Assembly (NCBI GenBank): GCA_002110465.1
Contig: NEED01000001.1
Coordinates: 127,650 to 159,649 of the forward strand
Length of the DNA: 32,000 nt
Source of the DNA: an unicellular cyanobacterium SU2
Lineage (GTDB): Bacteria > Cyanobacteriota > Cyanobacteriia > Cyanobacteriales > Microcystaceae
Reading direction: 5' to 3'
Position numbers and translations under genes: made by a program. A model generated the notes under the pieces. It saw only the letters and a list, made by a program, of their open reading frames with translations, did no database searches and was not told the DNA's origin. Below, piece after piece: positions 7,467 to 17,302 of the stretch (positions are counted from its first letter, which is position 1; each line of letters starts with the position of its first letter).

Positions 7467-8690
7467 TTAATTCTTTAACGTTTCAAGCTGTGGTTCTCCT
7501 TTTTCGCTAATCCAAGCCAGATTTTTAATGCTACTTTGCACTGCATAATTACGAATTTCTTCTGGAGAACGTTCCTTCAATTCTAGGGCGACCCGTAAAT
7601 TTTCTGGAGACTGTCTGAGTTGTTGAGCATAACTAAACGCTATCGATTGAGCTTGGGGGGTTTTAGCAATGACTAACCAATCAATAAGAGGGGGAGTTTC
7701 AGGTAAAATAGACGTTGGTAATAAACAAGTGTATAGGTCTTCAAGATTAAAGGAAAATCCAATACCTGGGGCTGATTTTTGTTGAGGATGATAAACCCCA
7801 AGCAGTTTGTCATAGCGTCCTCCTTGACCTAGAATATGCAATTGATTATCTGTTTTTCCAATGGCTTTAAACACAATTCCTGTGTAGTAATCAAAGGTTT
7901 GAATCAAACTTAAGTCCAAGGTTAATGGCAAGGAAGCTGAACGACTATTCTCAACGAGTTCAACTAAATTTTTTAGATTTTCAACACTTTTTTGTCCAGG
8001 TTCATCTAACTCTAAGTCAACCACTTGTTGAAGTACCTGAGTCGGATTTCCCCGTAAATCAAATAATAGTTTCGCCCGTTTTTTTAACTCAGGAGAAGGA
8101 TAAGTAAGGGTTTCTAAGGTCACATAGTCTAGTTTAGCTAAACAGTGACGTACCTGATGTTTAAGAGAACTGGGAAAGGGATTAAGCAGCGATCGCGTCA
8201 GTCGAGCTTCCCCTAAAATTAAGTGCCAGTGGGGAATTCCTAATTGTTCGAGACAGTCAGCCACTAATAATAATATTTCTGCATCGGCTAACACTCCTCC
8301 ACAGAAAAGCAATTCTACCCCTGCTTGATAGAATTCTAGTTGTTTTCCATGATGACCCACAGGGGGATTACGAAAAACATTGGCACGGTAACAAAGGCGT
8401 TGGGGATAGGTCATTTCAGCCATGCGAGTGACGGCAGCTCGGGCAATAGAGGCTGTTAATTCTGGTCGTAGTCCTAGGTGTCCTGCTGAATTATCTTGGA
8501 GTTGAATGACCGTTGAGGGGTCAATTGCTCCTCCAGCCATCAACGTTTCTAGCCATTCAATGGTGGAAGTAACAATGCGTTGGTATCCCCATCCACCAAA
8601 GACTTGTTGAAGACGATCATTAATCCATGCTTTTCGGACAACTTCGAGGGGAAGTAAATCTCTTGCTCCGGCTGGTGGTTGATGAATCAT
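7467..8690 (-). CDS. hisZ: ATP phosphoribosyltransferase regulatory subunit (HisRS paralogue)
   Basis: 407 aa. N-terminal PAGARDLLP motif and class-II aaRS-like core (FRNPPVGHHGKQLEFYQAGVEL, GQGGRYD). No obvious anticodon-binding extension. HisS itself cannot be fully excluded. Confidence 0.7.
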   Translation of the reverse strand: MIHQPPAGARDLLPLEVVRKAWINDRLQQVFGGWGYQRIVTSTIEWLETLMAGGAIDPSTVIQLQDNSAGHLGLRPELTASIARAAVTRMAEMTYPQRLCYRANVFRNPPVGHHGKQLEFYQAGVELLFCGGVLADAEILLLVADCLEQLGIPHWHLILGEARLTRSLLNPFPSSLKHQVRHCLAKLDYVTLETLTYPSPELKKRAKLLFDLRGNPTQVLQQVVDLELDEPGQKSVENLKNLVELVENSRSASLPLTLDLSLIQTFDYYTGIVFKAIGKTDNQLHILGQGGRYDKLLGVYHPQQKSAPGIGFSFNLEDLYTCLLPTSILPETPPLIDWLVIAKTPQAQSIAFSYAQQLRQSPENLRVALELKERSPEEIRNYAVQSSIKNLAWISEKGEPQLETLKN

Positions 8691-8712
8691 GGTTTACTCT
8701 TATCCTCATACC

Positions 8713-9633
8713 TTATTTATTTTTCTTAAACCAATTAAAAAATCCACTATCACTTGATTGATCAGAAGACTTTTTATCATCATTAAGCTGTTTATTGAGA
8801 GCTTGTTTGGCTTGAATTACTATCGGGTTGTAACGGTCTCCTGTCCAAGCTTTATTGATATGAATTTTAGCCATCGTTAGTTGATTTTCTTGGAGATAGG
8901 CTAATCCGAGTAACCCATGACATAGACAATTATTGGGATCAGTCTTCAGTGCTTCTCGTAATTCTACAATGGCTTGGGATGTATTTTTTCGCTCAAGATA
9001 TTCTTGCGCTCGTCGGATAGAAGAATCAATGGGAGACACAAAAGACTTTTTTTCAGGTTCAGGCTTTTTTTCAAGTTTTTGACTTTGAGAGGTTATCTTG
9101 GCGGTGTCAGGAGCAGAGTTAACCCCTGATGGTGTCTGAACAACGCTGACTTTCTTGGACTGCATTACCAAGTAAACTAAATTTAATTCACTCAGTTGAG
9201 CGATTTTCCCAAAAACTTCTTTCAACTGTTGATATTGTTCAGTAGCTAAGGGATTGATTAACTTAAGATAAACTAAATCAATGTTCCTCGTCGCTTCACA
9301 AAGCTTTTTTGCGCTTTGACTATTTACAGTTATTTTATCTGACTCTAAAGCTAACGTTCGACCTGTTTGCCCTAAAACAATTCGGTATTCACTGCGAGAT
9401 TGCTCTTTTGAGAGAACTTCGTAAGCAGGATTCACCAATTTTGATAATAATTTATTAGCTAGTTTTTTCCCCTGCTCTGTTTTTTCCTTACAAGTATCAG
9501 GATGAAGACGATAGGCAATTTTTAGGTAACGTTGACGAATTACCTGGCTATCAGCATTAACAGGAAGCCCCAGAATTGCATAATGGTCTTCTATACTATA
9601 TTTGAATAGTCCATGTTTGATAGGAAAGCTCAT
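8713..9633 (-). CDS. J-domain (DnaJ-like) protein with C-terminal TPR-like region
   Basis: DHYAILGLPVNADSQVIRQRYLKIAYRLHPD carries the HPD tripeptide. The C-terminal segment QAIVELREALKTDPNNCLCHGLLGLAYLQENQ is TPR-like. Confidence 0.85.
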   Translation of the reverse strand: MSFPIKHGLFKYSIEDHYAILGLPVNADSQVIRQRYLKIAYRLHPDTCKEKTEQGKKLANKLLSKLVNPAYEVLSKEQSRSEYRIVLGQTGRTLALESDKITVNSQSAKKLCEATRNIDLVYLKLINPLATEQYQQLKEVFGKIAQLSELNLVYLVMQSKKVSVVQTPSGVNSAPDTAKITSQSQKLEKKPEPEKKSFVSPIDSSIRRAQEYLERKNTSQAIVELREALKTDPNNCLCHGLLGLAYLQENQLTMAKIHINKAWTGDRYNPIVIQAKQALNKQLNDDKKSSDQSSDSGFFNWFKKNK

Positions 9634-9786
9634 ATTATAAGTTTAAGCCCACTTCAGAGTGGCTGGCACCTTCTTTCTTTATATTATGTCTAAATTTTCA
9701 TAAAATAGTAAGTCTTGGCAAGATTTTGCAAAATTGTCTAAAATTTGCCTAGGGGATCCTTAAATATTCAATTGATCAATAATCTC

Positions 9787-10629
9787 TTAAACGACAGAGT
9801 TGCTATAAAAATTCTGTAACCAAGGTAATGCTTCATCTAAAGCCCGACTCAAGCTATGATGAATGTGTCCATTAGTGGCTAACAATCGTCCTGATTCAAG
9901 AATTAGAGGACTCTCGTCATAGGCAGTAATTTTACCTCCAGCTTCTTCTAAAATGATAATTCCTGCCGTGATATCCCAAGGACTTAATCCTCGTTCCCAA
10001 TAACCGTCGAGACGACCACAAGCGACATTAGCTAAGTCAAGAGATGCTGACCCTGCACGACGCACTCCTTGAGTCAGATGGGTTAAGTAACAAAATTCAG
10101 GATAGTTGGTGTCTTTAGTTTCGCAACGATCATAAGCAAATCCTGTGACTAACAAGCTACTCTTTAATTGTGTTGTTTTAGAAACTCGAATAGGACGATG
10201 ATTCAGGGTAGCTCCTAATCCTTTTGCCCCTCTAAATAACTCGTTACGAAAGGGATTATAAATTGCTCCTACTTGGGGAACGCCTTCTACCAATAACCCG
10301 ACAGATACCGCAGAAACAGGATAACTATGGGCATAATTAGTGGTTCCATCTAGGGGATCAATTGCCCAAAGATAACCACTGTCATCTATTCCCAAAAGAC
10401 CAGATTCTTCAGCTAAAATTTGATGCTCAGGAACTCGACGACGTAGAATCTCTAAAACGGTTGCTTCTGCTTTTTGATCGGCTTCGGTAACTAAATCACC
10501 AGGGCGACCTTTTTCTTCAATTTTTTCTAATTGACCACACAGATCTTGTAGTATTACCCCCGCAGTCATCACTGCTTCCGTGGCAACATCTAAGAAGATT
10601 TGTAATTCATTTTGACTAGGTTGCTGCAT
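9787..10629 (-). CDS. Inositol monophosphatase family protein
   Basis: 280 aa with the IMPase signatures EESG, WAIDPLDGTTNY and WDITAG. Confidence 0.9.
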   Translation of the reverse strand: MQQPSQNELQIFLDVATEAVMTAGVILQDLCGQLEKIEEKGRPGDLVTEADQKAEATVLEILRRRVPEHQILAEESGLLGIDDSGYLWAIDPLDGTTNYAHSYPVSAVSVGLLVEGVPQVGAIYNPFRNELFRGAKGLGATLNHRPIRVSKTTQLKSSLLVTGFAYDRCETKDTNYPEFCYLTHLTQGVRRAGSASLDLANVACGRLDGYWERGLSPWDITAGIIILEEAGGKITAYDESPLILESGRLLATNGHIHHSLSRALDEALPWLQNFYSNSVV

Positions 10630-10687
10630 AGTAAATACTTGATAGTTAAGTAAATAGAATTAACTCTAAATTCTAAATTCTCCATTC

Positions 10688-11056
10688 TTAATCGTCATCC
10701 ATAAAAATTCCTAATTGTTTTTTCCCTTTACCAAAATAACGCCCAAATTGAAGCTCATACACTTCATCTTCGTCTTGCGTCTCTACTTCTAGATCTGAAC
10801 AAGCATAACTGACACACAATAAAGCATAGCCTCGTTCTTTTAATTCGGGGGATAATCCAACTGCTTCAGGTTGATGGAGTTCTCCTGATAAGATACGCAC
10901 TGCACAGGTAGTACAAGCTCCATTCCGACAAGAAAAAGGTAATTCATAACCTTGAGCTTCTGCACTATGAAGAATGTAGCGATCATCGGGGACTTCTAAT
11001 CTATATTCTTTTCCTTCTTGGCGATGGTTGATGCGAATTTGATAATAATGGGTCAT
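10688..11056 (-). CDS. Plant-type [2Fe-2S] ferredoxin with C-terminal extension (FdC2/Fed2-like)
   Basis: 122 aa. Cluster ligands in CRNGACTTCAVRILSG and LLCVSY. About 20 extra C-terminal residues (YELQFGRYFGKGKKQLGIFMDDD) relative to about 97-aa PetF. Confidence 0.9.
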   Translation of the reverse strand: MTHYYQIRINHRQEGKEYRLEVPDDRYILHSAEAQGYELPFSCRNGACTTCAVRILSGELHQPEAVGLSPELKERGYALLCVSYACSDLEVETQDEDEVYELQFGRYFGKGKKQLGIFMDDD

Positions 11057-11206
11057 AGGGGAAGTTTAAAGTCACTAATTTTTAGTATAAACTTCCTTAC
11101 TTTTTTCGTAAATAGTTGAGTTATTAAAACAATATAATATTAACTCAATAGTCATAGCTGAATTAGCTACATTAAAATTATTATTTTTGTTTGAGTTAAT
11201 TGACGG

Positions 11207-12046
11207 TTAAGCTTTACGATACTTGTCTTGAATTGCTTTAGCTAATTGAACATGAAGCTGATGACTGGCTTTGTAGGCTAAAAAATGTCCTTGAGGAATC
11301 GTCCCTAATAAACTTAAATCTCCGACTAGATCTAATAATTTATGACGGGCAGGTTCATTCTTGAATCTCAACGGGGGATTTAACCACTTTTGGCCATCGC
11401 ACACTAAAGCATTCTCTAGACTTCCGCCCTTAATCAACCCGGCTTTTTGTAACTGTTCAATTTGGTCAGCAAAACCAAAGGTTCGAGCGGGGGCGATCGC
11501 CTCTTCAAAGGATTCTAGAGTAGAATTCCAACTATGCCACTGATTGCCAATGGCAGGGTAAGGAAAATCAATTCCATAGGTAAAACGAGTCTCAGACGCA
11601 GGTAAAGCCCCAACAAAAGCGTCTCCATCTCTAACCCAAATCGGTTCAACGATGGGAGAACCGAGGGGTAATGATGAAGAAATAATCCCCCCTTGAATCA
11701 TCGCTTTAACCCATTCTTGGGCAGACCCATCCAATAATGGCACTTCTGCCCCATCAATTTCAATACGGGCATTTTCGACCCCAATTCCAATTAACGCTGC
11801 TAACAAGTGTTCCACTGTGCGAATGGTTGCTTTTCCCTGACCTAATTCCGTCGATAAGGTCGTCTGATTAACCGAAGCTACCTCAGCGCGAATAATAGGA
11901 TTGTCAGGTAAATCTACTCTCACAAAATAGCGACCTTCTCCTGATTTTGCGGGTAAAATCCTCACCTGAGTTTTTTTCCCAGAATGTAACCCAACTCCCG
12001 ATACGGCGATCGCTTCGTTAACTGTAGAATTCATCATTCTCCTCAC
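11207..12046 (-). CDS. lpxC: UDP-3-O-acyl-N-acetylglucosamine deacetylase
   Basis: 279 aa. [25 protein letters not shown] and the C-terminal [13 protein letters not shown] pattern of LpxC. Directly downstream of Omp85, as in other cyanobacteria. The true start may be an internal Met (MMNST). Confidence 0.9.
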   Translation of the reverse strand: MRRMMNSTVNEAIAVSGVGLHSGKKTQVRILPAKSGEGRYFVRVDLPDNPIIRAEVASVNQTTLSTELGQGKATIRTVEHLLAALIGIGVENARIEIDGAEVPLLDGSAQEWVKAMIQGGIISSSLPLGSPIVEPIWVRDGDAFVGALPASETRFTYGIDFPYPAIGNQWHSWNSTLESFEEAIAPARTFGFADQIEQLQKAGLIKGGSLENALVCDGQKWLNPPLRFKNEPARHKLLDLVGDLSLLGTIPQGHFLAYKASHQLHVQLAKAIQDKYRKA

Positions 12047-12166
12047 TACTATTAAACACTAAGAATACTTCAGTTATTATCAATTGTTATTTTCTGGAAT
12101 ATTTTTTACTTGTTCAATATCTAACTCCAATGCGTAACAAACGATGAAATAGGGTATCGGTTTTCA

Positions 12167-14617
12167 TTAAAATCTTTCCCCAATACCAAAGTGGAGGCGA
12201 GAATCTCCCTCATCATTAATCCCGTAGTCAACCCGAATTGGACCAACGGGGGATTGAATACGAACCCCAAGGCCATAACCATAACCATCGCCAGGTAATC
12301 CTCGAATTGTCCCTGGAAAACCCCTTACCGAACGCTGAGACTTAATAGTTGTCCCATAATCAACAAATACTGCCGCGCCCACTGCTGGAATAATCGGAAA
12401 GCGATATTCTGCCGTTGCTTGGAAGTAACTTCGTCCATTCCCAAGTTCCCCTTCGGCGTAACCCCGTACTGAGTTACTCCCTCCTAAAACAAAGGCTTCA
12501 TAGGGGGGTAAATCCTCAAAAACGGTTCCTGCTTGAACATTGAACGCTAAAGCTTGGGGTTTAGGTTGATCATCTTCAATAAAGCCTAAATCAATCCAAT
12601 CGATGGGAATATAGTGACTATAACTACCTCGTAAACGGGTAAAGAAAATACTTCCTGAACCGACAGGAATAGTTTGTTCGATCCCCAAACGCAAGAGATA
12701 ACCATCAGTAGGACGTAAGGGATTATTACGAAAGTCTTGAGAAGCCCCAAAACTAATGGTAAATAGGTCATCCCTTCCCTCATCACTAAACGCCAAGGGT
12801 TGAGAGGGAAAACCATTAAGGGGGGCTGATAATGGCGCAATATCACCATCAGCATTTTCCACCTGAACCCGTTGATAATTAAAGCCCAGGGACGTTCGCC
12901 AATCAGGTTTACTAAACACATCATCAGCTAGGGGTCGCACAAAAGTGACTCCTCCCCCCGTACGAACCACCCTCGGACTGTCAAAATCGTTGAGAGTTCT
13001 AATCGAAGAATCATCCCCATCAAAGACTAATGAAATTGTCCGTCGCCTAAACCCATTAACGGTATAAGCAGTACGGAAAGGATCGCCCGCAATCCAAGGA
13101 TCAGTAAAATTGACATCAAACAGTAATTCCCGTTCCCCGACTTGAATTTCACCCCCGATGGTTTGATTATTTCCCCCTAGGTTTTGCTCTTGATAACTGA
13201 TGGTTCCAAACAGACCACTGGTAGAACTGATTCCTGCCCCTGCGGCCAGCGATCCGGTATTTCCTTCAACTACATCCACGTTAACAACAACTTCTCGTGG
13301 ATCTTCCCCAGGACTAAAAGAAATTCTGACATCTTCAAATAAACCTAACCCAAAGACCCGTTGTAAATCCCTTTGAGCAATTCTTCGGTTAAATACATTC
13401 CCCGCTTCGAGTTGCATTTCGCGGGTCACAATAAACGGGCGTGTTCGACCATCGACAGATTCATCTTCAGCGTCAAAAAATCTCACTTGTACATCTTGAA
13501 TCACCCCTTCAGAAACAACTAGAGTGACCACCCCATCATCTCCTACTTCGGGAGAACCGATGACCTGAGCTAAATCATAACCCTGCTCTGAATACCACTC
13601 ATTGAGTTCCCGAATTCCATTTTGTAACTCTCGTAGGTTGAGGATTTTTCCATACTGATCCCCAAAAATATCATTGACCACTTCAGGGGGTAAGGCGCGA
13701 ACTTCGTCTTGTGTTCCCGTGTCTACAATGACTTCACTTAAAGTTGGGTTAGGTTGTACATCGAAGGTGATGCGTACCCCTAAAGGTGTATCGGCGGGGG
13801 TCACTTTTACATTGGAAAAGAACCCTGTGGCGTAAATTGCGTTGACATCTTCTTGGAGTTGGGAGCGGGTGGCTGTTCGTCCTGGCCTGGTTTGAACCGT
13901 ATTATAGACTAAATCTTCGAGCTCCTCATCGGCTCCACTAACCACCACTTCTACCACCAAAACCCTTGGTTCTTCCCCCGAAGTTTCTTCAATTAAAGGA
14001 CTGTCGGACGGAGGGGGTTCACTCGGACTTGGAATCTGTGTCTCAGGAATCTGTGTCTCAGGAATCTGTGTCTCAGGAATTTCTGGCTCTCCTGATGGGT
14101 CAATTTGCCCTTGAGTATCCGAAGGAAGTATAGAAGGAGCATCACCTGAAGGGTTTAAATCAGCAGCTATAACCTGTTTTAACCTCGAAACTGAGAGAGT
14201 CCCTTGTTCTAAAGATAATGAAGTCTGAAACAGGAGATCTTTTGAGGTTGAAGGTCTGATTAATCTTTGGACTTCCTGGTAAATAACCAAAGAATTAGCC
14301 GTTAAATCCGTTGTAATGATTAAATCAGTCGGGTTGTTGTTTTCCGAGGATTGTTGCTCAGAGACTGCTTCTTTTAACCTAGAAACTGAGGGAATTGCGG
14401 GGACTGATTCCCACTGAGTATTGGACTGTAAATCCTTAACCTCCACTAAATTTTCTGGATTTTTCACCTCAATGGCTGTTTCGGTTGAAGGGGTTATGGT
14501 CTCCCCCCTAACAGACTGGGCTAAGTTTAACGTAGTGGCAGTTCCTAAAAGAATCGCCACTAGGGGAGATAACGGTAAATTTCTGATCTCGTTTGACACT
14601 TCCACACACCCAATCAA
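12167..14617 (-). CDS. bamA: Omp85/BamA-family outer membrane protein assembly factor (cyanobacterial Omp85)
   Basis: 816 aa. Signal-like N-terminus, Pro-rich linker, POTRA-type repeats, and a Gly/aromatic-rich beta-barrel ending in ...RLHFGIGERF (terminal Phe). Confidence 0.9.
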   Translation of the reverse strand: MIGCVEVSNEIRNLPLSPLVAILLGTATTLNLAQSVRGETITPSTETAIEVKNPENLVEVKDLQSNTQWESVPAIPSVSRLKEAVSEQQSSENNNPTDLIITTDLTANSLVIYQEVQRLIRPSTSKDLLFQTSLSLEQGTLSVSRLKQVIAADLNPSGDAPSILPSDTQGQIDPSGEPEIPETQIPETQIPETQIPSPSEPPPSDSPLIEETSGEEPRVLVVEVVVSGADEELEDLVYNTVQTRPGRTATRSQLQEDVNAIYATGFFSNVKVTPADTPLGVRITFDVQPNPTLSEVIVDTGTQDEVRALPPEVVNDIFGDQYGKILNLRELQNGIRELNEWYSEQGYDLAQVIGSPEVGDDGVVTLVVSEGVIQDVQVRFFDAEDESVDGRTRPFIVTREMQLEAGNVFNRRIAQRDLQRVFGLGLFEDVRISFSPGEDPREVVVNVDVVEGNTGSLAAGAGISSTSGLFGTISYQEQNLGGNNQTIGGEIQVGERELLFDVNFTDPWIAGDPFRTAYTVNGFRRRTISLVFDGDDSSIRTLNDFDSPRVVRTGGGVTFVRPLADDVFSKPDWRTSLGFNYQRVQVENADGDIAPLSAPLNGFPSQPLAFSDEGRDDLFTISFGASQDFRNNPLRPTDGYLLRLGIEQTIPVGSGSIFFTRLRGSYSHYIPIDWIDLGFIEDDQPKPQALAFNVQAGTVFEDLPPYEAFVLGGSNSVRGYAEGELGNGRSYFQATAEYRFPIIPAVGAAVFVDYGTTIKSQRSVRGFPGTIRGLPGDGYGYGLGVRIQSPVGPIRVDYGINDEGDSRLHFGIGERF
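14031..14075. repeat. Perfect 3 x 15-bp tandem repeat (ggaatctgtgtctca) inside bamA, followed by a degenerate fourth unit
   Basis: Read directly. Units at 14031-14045, 14046-14060 and 14061-14075. Encodes PETQI x3 in the Pro-rich linker (minus strand). Confidence 0.95.
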
Positions 14618-14748
14618 GCTACAGCGTTTTAAATTTTATTTGTTTTTTATTATTGACCCATCATAGCTAACGGAGTGCCTAAACAACCGAGCCAAATTAT
14701 CGAATTTAGTGACTAGAGCTACGGCCAAATGTTCCTATCTCCAATAGA

Positions 14749-15474
14749 TTACCCAATTACCAATTTCTCTAAAACCCTTTGTTGAACCTCTTGATAGGCG
14801 GTTTCCACTTCTCCTAAATCACGACGAAATCGATCTTTATCCAAAACTCGATCGCTAGGATCATTTTTTTGTTGATCCCAGAGACGACAGGTATCTGGAC
14901 TAATTTCATCGGCTAAGAGAAGATTTCCTTGAGTATCTAAGCCAAATTCTAGTTTGAAATCTACTAGGGTAATCTGGCAACTTGCAAAGAATTCTGTCAA
15001 GTATGTGTTAATTTTTAGGGCAAATGATCGCAATTGTTTGAGTTGTTCGGTGGTCGCTAATTCTAAAACCAAGAGGCGATCGCGCGTTAGTAGTGGATCT
15101 CCTAGTTCATCATTTTTCAAATAAAATTCCACGAGAGGAAAGGGCAAAACGATCCCTTCTGCTAACCCTGTTTGTCGGCACAGACTCCCTGCGGCGATAT
15201 TTCTGACAACGACTTCAACGGGAATAATTTTGACGGCACGAACCCGCATTTGTCTGGGGGCTGGTTGATCTATAAAATGGGTGGCAATGCCCTTAGATTC
15301 TAGCCATTGAAACAAGGCTGAGGAAATCTGACAATTAATTTCTCCTTTTCCCTTGATGGTTCCCCGTTTCTGGGCGTTAAAGGCTGTGGCATCATCTTTA
15401 AATTGCGTTAGCAGAATGTCCTTATCATCGGTGGGGTAAAGAATTTTGGCTTTTCCTTCATAGATTTTTTCCAT
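14749..15474 (-). CDS. purC: Phosphoribosylaminoimidazole-succinocarboxamide (SAICAR) synthase
   Basis: 241 aa. MEKIYEGKAKILY start and the LADEISPDTCRLWD motif typical of PurC. Confidence 0.95.
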   Translation of the reverse strand: MEKIYEGKAKILYPTDDKDILLTQFKDDATAFNAQKRGTIKGKGEINCQISSALFQWLESKGIATHFIDQPAPRQMRVRAVKIIPVEVVVRNIAAGSLCRQTGLAEGIVLPFPLVEFYLKNDELGDPLLTRDRLLVLELATTEQLKQLRSFALKINTYLTEFFASCQITLVDFKLEFGLDTQGNLLLADEISPDTCRLWDQQKNDPSDRVLDKDRFRRDLGEVETAYQEVQQRVLEKLVIG

Positions 15475-15833
15475 GAGTCATTTATCCTTAAATTGTAGTT
15501 GGCTGTTAACTAGAGGTTAAGATTTCTATTTTTGTGAATTCATCTCAACTCTTTATGGACGATCATTAACAGCTTATATGAAATTGAAACATTCTTACCT
15601 GTAAGAGACTGTTTCTAAAATAAAACATCAAGTAGAGTGCGTTAGGCCAACTACAGTTTTTTGAATAATTTCTCTCCTTTTGTTTCGGCCGTAACGCACC
15701 AAAATCGTTTTTGTATGTATTACGCTATGCTAATATACCCTACAGTTATCTTAAGATTTACTTGATAAACAGTCTCTAAATATATGGAGTTTATCACTAA
15801 CAATTTTAAGTTACTTTATACTTTAATCAATAA

Positions 15834-15850
15834 GGTGGGTATTGCCCACC
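15834..15850 (-). terminator. GC-rich hairpin about 115 nt downstream of cupA (candidate operon terminator)
   Basis: ggtggg-tattg-cccacc. On the minus strand it is followed by the T-rich ttattgatt. Confidence 0.4.
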
Positions 15851-15964
15851 CTACACTGACTTATAAGCAACTTATCAGATACATCAAGACAGAAAGACTG
15901 ATAGTAAGGACTGAAATCTATCTAACGAATCTTTAGATACTCCTTTCGATAGTGCATAATCATC

Positions 15965-17266
15965 TTAACGATAAGATGGGTTTTGAATATCTTTTAAACG
16001 GGCTTCGGGACGTAAAAACCGATCCATTTGCGACTCAAAAAATTGACGATTTTTCAGTAAATGTTTAGGGTTTTGATCGTCTAAAGGATACAATAACGCT
16101 TGACGTAACGCTTGAATAACTGCCGAAGTTACATTATACATTGATCGCTGAAAAGTAATTCCCAACTGAATCAAAATATCTTTTTCACCGCGACAATGTT
16201 TTTGATAATATTCCTTGAGGTAATCTGGCAAAAAATGATACATATCATCCATCAATAATGTGGGGGGAATTCCTGCGGTTCCCACGGGAAAAACATCCGC
16301 ATACAAAATGCCATAATGAAAATCTTTTTGATCATCAGGAACTTGTTTAGCTTGGGCGTTATAAGACTTAGTTCCCCTAAAGGGTGCAGTGCGATAAAAT
16401 ACTGCTTCAACGTAAGGTAAAGCTGCTTCATATAGCCAAGTAAACCCCTTAGATTTAGGGATAATTTCGTAACATTCCCCTCCAATATAAACATGATGAT
16501 AAATAGGACGGCCAGCAATCGCAAAAATGCCATTAACTAGGAAATTCATGGCATCAGGAACCCCTTTAAATCCTCCTTCATCGTAAATATCAGACATTTC
16601 AAAAAAAACGGGAGCCATCACTTCCCAAAATAACCCCAGATTGGAATAATAAGAGAGTTGTCTGACTTGTTCAAAAAACATTTCAGGAAACAGTTTATAT
16701 AACCCTAACATGGCAGGATTATTCTTAAAATAGGCTTTTATTGCCTGATCTGCATTCGCTTTATATTCATCACTATCTAAGTAAGCATCAAACTTACCTA
16801 ACCCCATATTTCGACCATGCCAAAACATCGCTCGCATACAAGCTTCAGCAAATTCCATATTGATGCGATCATGCCAAAGATGATGGAACAGCTTAGGCAT
16901 TTTTTTTGTGTTACCCTTCTCGATGAAGTCTAATAATTCAGGGTGTGCGCTTGCTTCTCCTCGCCAAATTCTTAGGTCAGCATCATCACCAGCGTAATGA
17001 TTATGTAAGTCTAAATATTCTTTAGGGAGGAAATATTTAAAAAAGGGAAGCGGTTCCAAAAAAACTCTCTCAGCGATATATAATAAGTCTCGCCAATAAA
17101 AATCCATCGGGACAGCATAAGCTTTATAAATCCCAATAATTTGCATCAAGTTTTCTGGGGTATCAGGTAGCATTGATCCCCCAGCTTCTAAGCGATGAAT
17201 CACATCAGCAAAAGCATGGGTAGAAGGAGGGATTTTAGCAATAGGAGTGAGAGTTGTTTGTTCCAT
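15965..17266 (-). CDS. cupA: CO2 hydration protein CupA/ChpY of the NDH-1MS high-affinity CO2 uptake complex
   Basis: 433 aa (CupA-sized rather than CupB-sized). Immediately downstream of the ndhF3-ndhD3 paralogues. His/Cys-containing conserved blocks (HHLWHDRINMEFAEACMRAMFWHG). Confidence 0.9.
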   Translation of the reverse strand: MEQTTLTPIAKIPPSTHAFADVIHRLEAGGSMLPDTPENLMQIIGIYKAYAVPMDFYWRDLLYIAERVFLEPLPFFKYFLPKEYLDLHNHYAGDDADLRIWRGEASAHPELLDFIEKGNTKKMPKLFHHLWHDRINMEFAEACMRAMFWHGRNMGLGKFDAYLDSDEYKANADQAIKAYFKNNPAMLGLYKLFPEMFFEQVRQLSYYSNLGLFWEVMAPVFFEMSDIYDEGGFKGVPDAMNFLVNGIFAIAGRPIYHHVYIGGECYEIIPKSKGFTWLYEAALPYVEAVFYRTAPFRGTKSYNAQAKQVPDDQKDFHYGILYADVFPVGTAGIPPTLLMDDMYHFLPDYLKEYYQKHCRGEKDILIQLGITFQRSMYNVTSAVIQALRQALLYPLDDQNPKHLLKNRQFFESQMDRFLRPEARLKDIQNPSYR

Positions 17267-17302
17267 GATTAATTTTTGATTTTTGTTGATTTGTATTGTT
17301 GA

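Noticed and set aside
12586-12924. 112-aa ORF on the same strand as bamA but out of frame. Similar embedded or antisense ORFs from the track: 339-524, 2652-2852, 5219-5443, 5424-5606, 6990-7193, 7063-7266, 7925-8107, 11361-11543, 14421-14666, 16252-16533, 19197-19457, 23127-23504, 24451-24639, 25901-26092, 27472-27654, 27486-27749, 27645-27851, 27700-27897, 28981-29181, 29068-29346.
   Set aside because: All lie wholly or mostly inside much longer ORFs with clear family signatures. Their translations are low-complexity or lack recognisable motifs. They are best explained as shadow ORFs.
14031-14075. The tandem 15-bp repeats, considered as a possible CRISPR array or minisatellite.
   Set aside because: The units are contiguous with no spacers. 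They lie in frame inside bamA and encode a PETQI peptide repeat. No cas genes are present, so this is not CRISPR.
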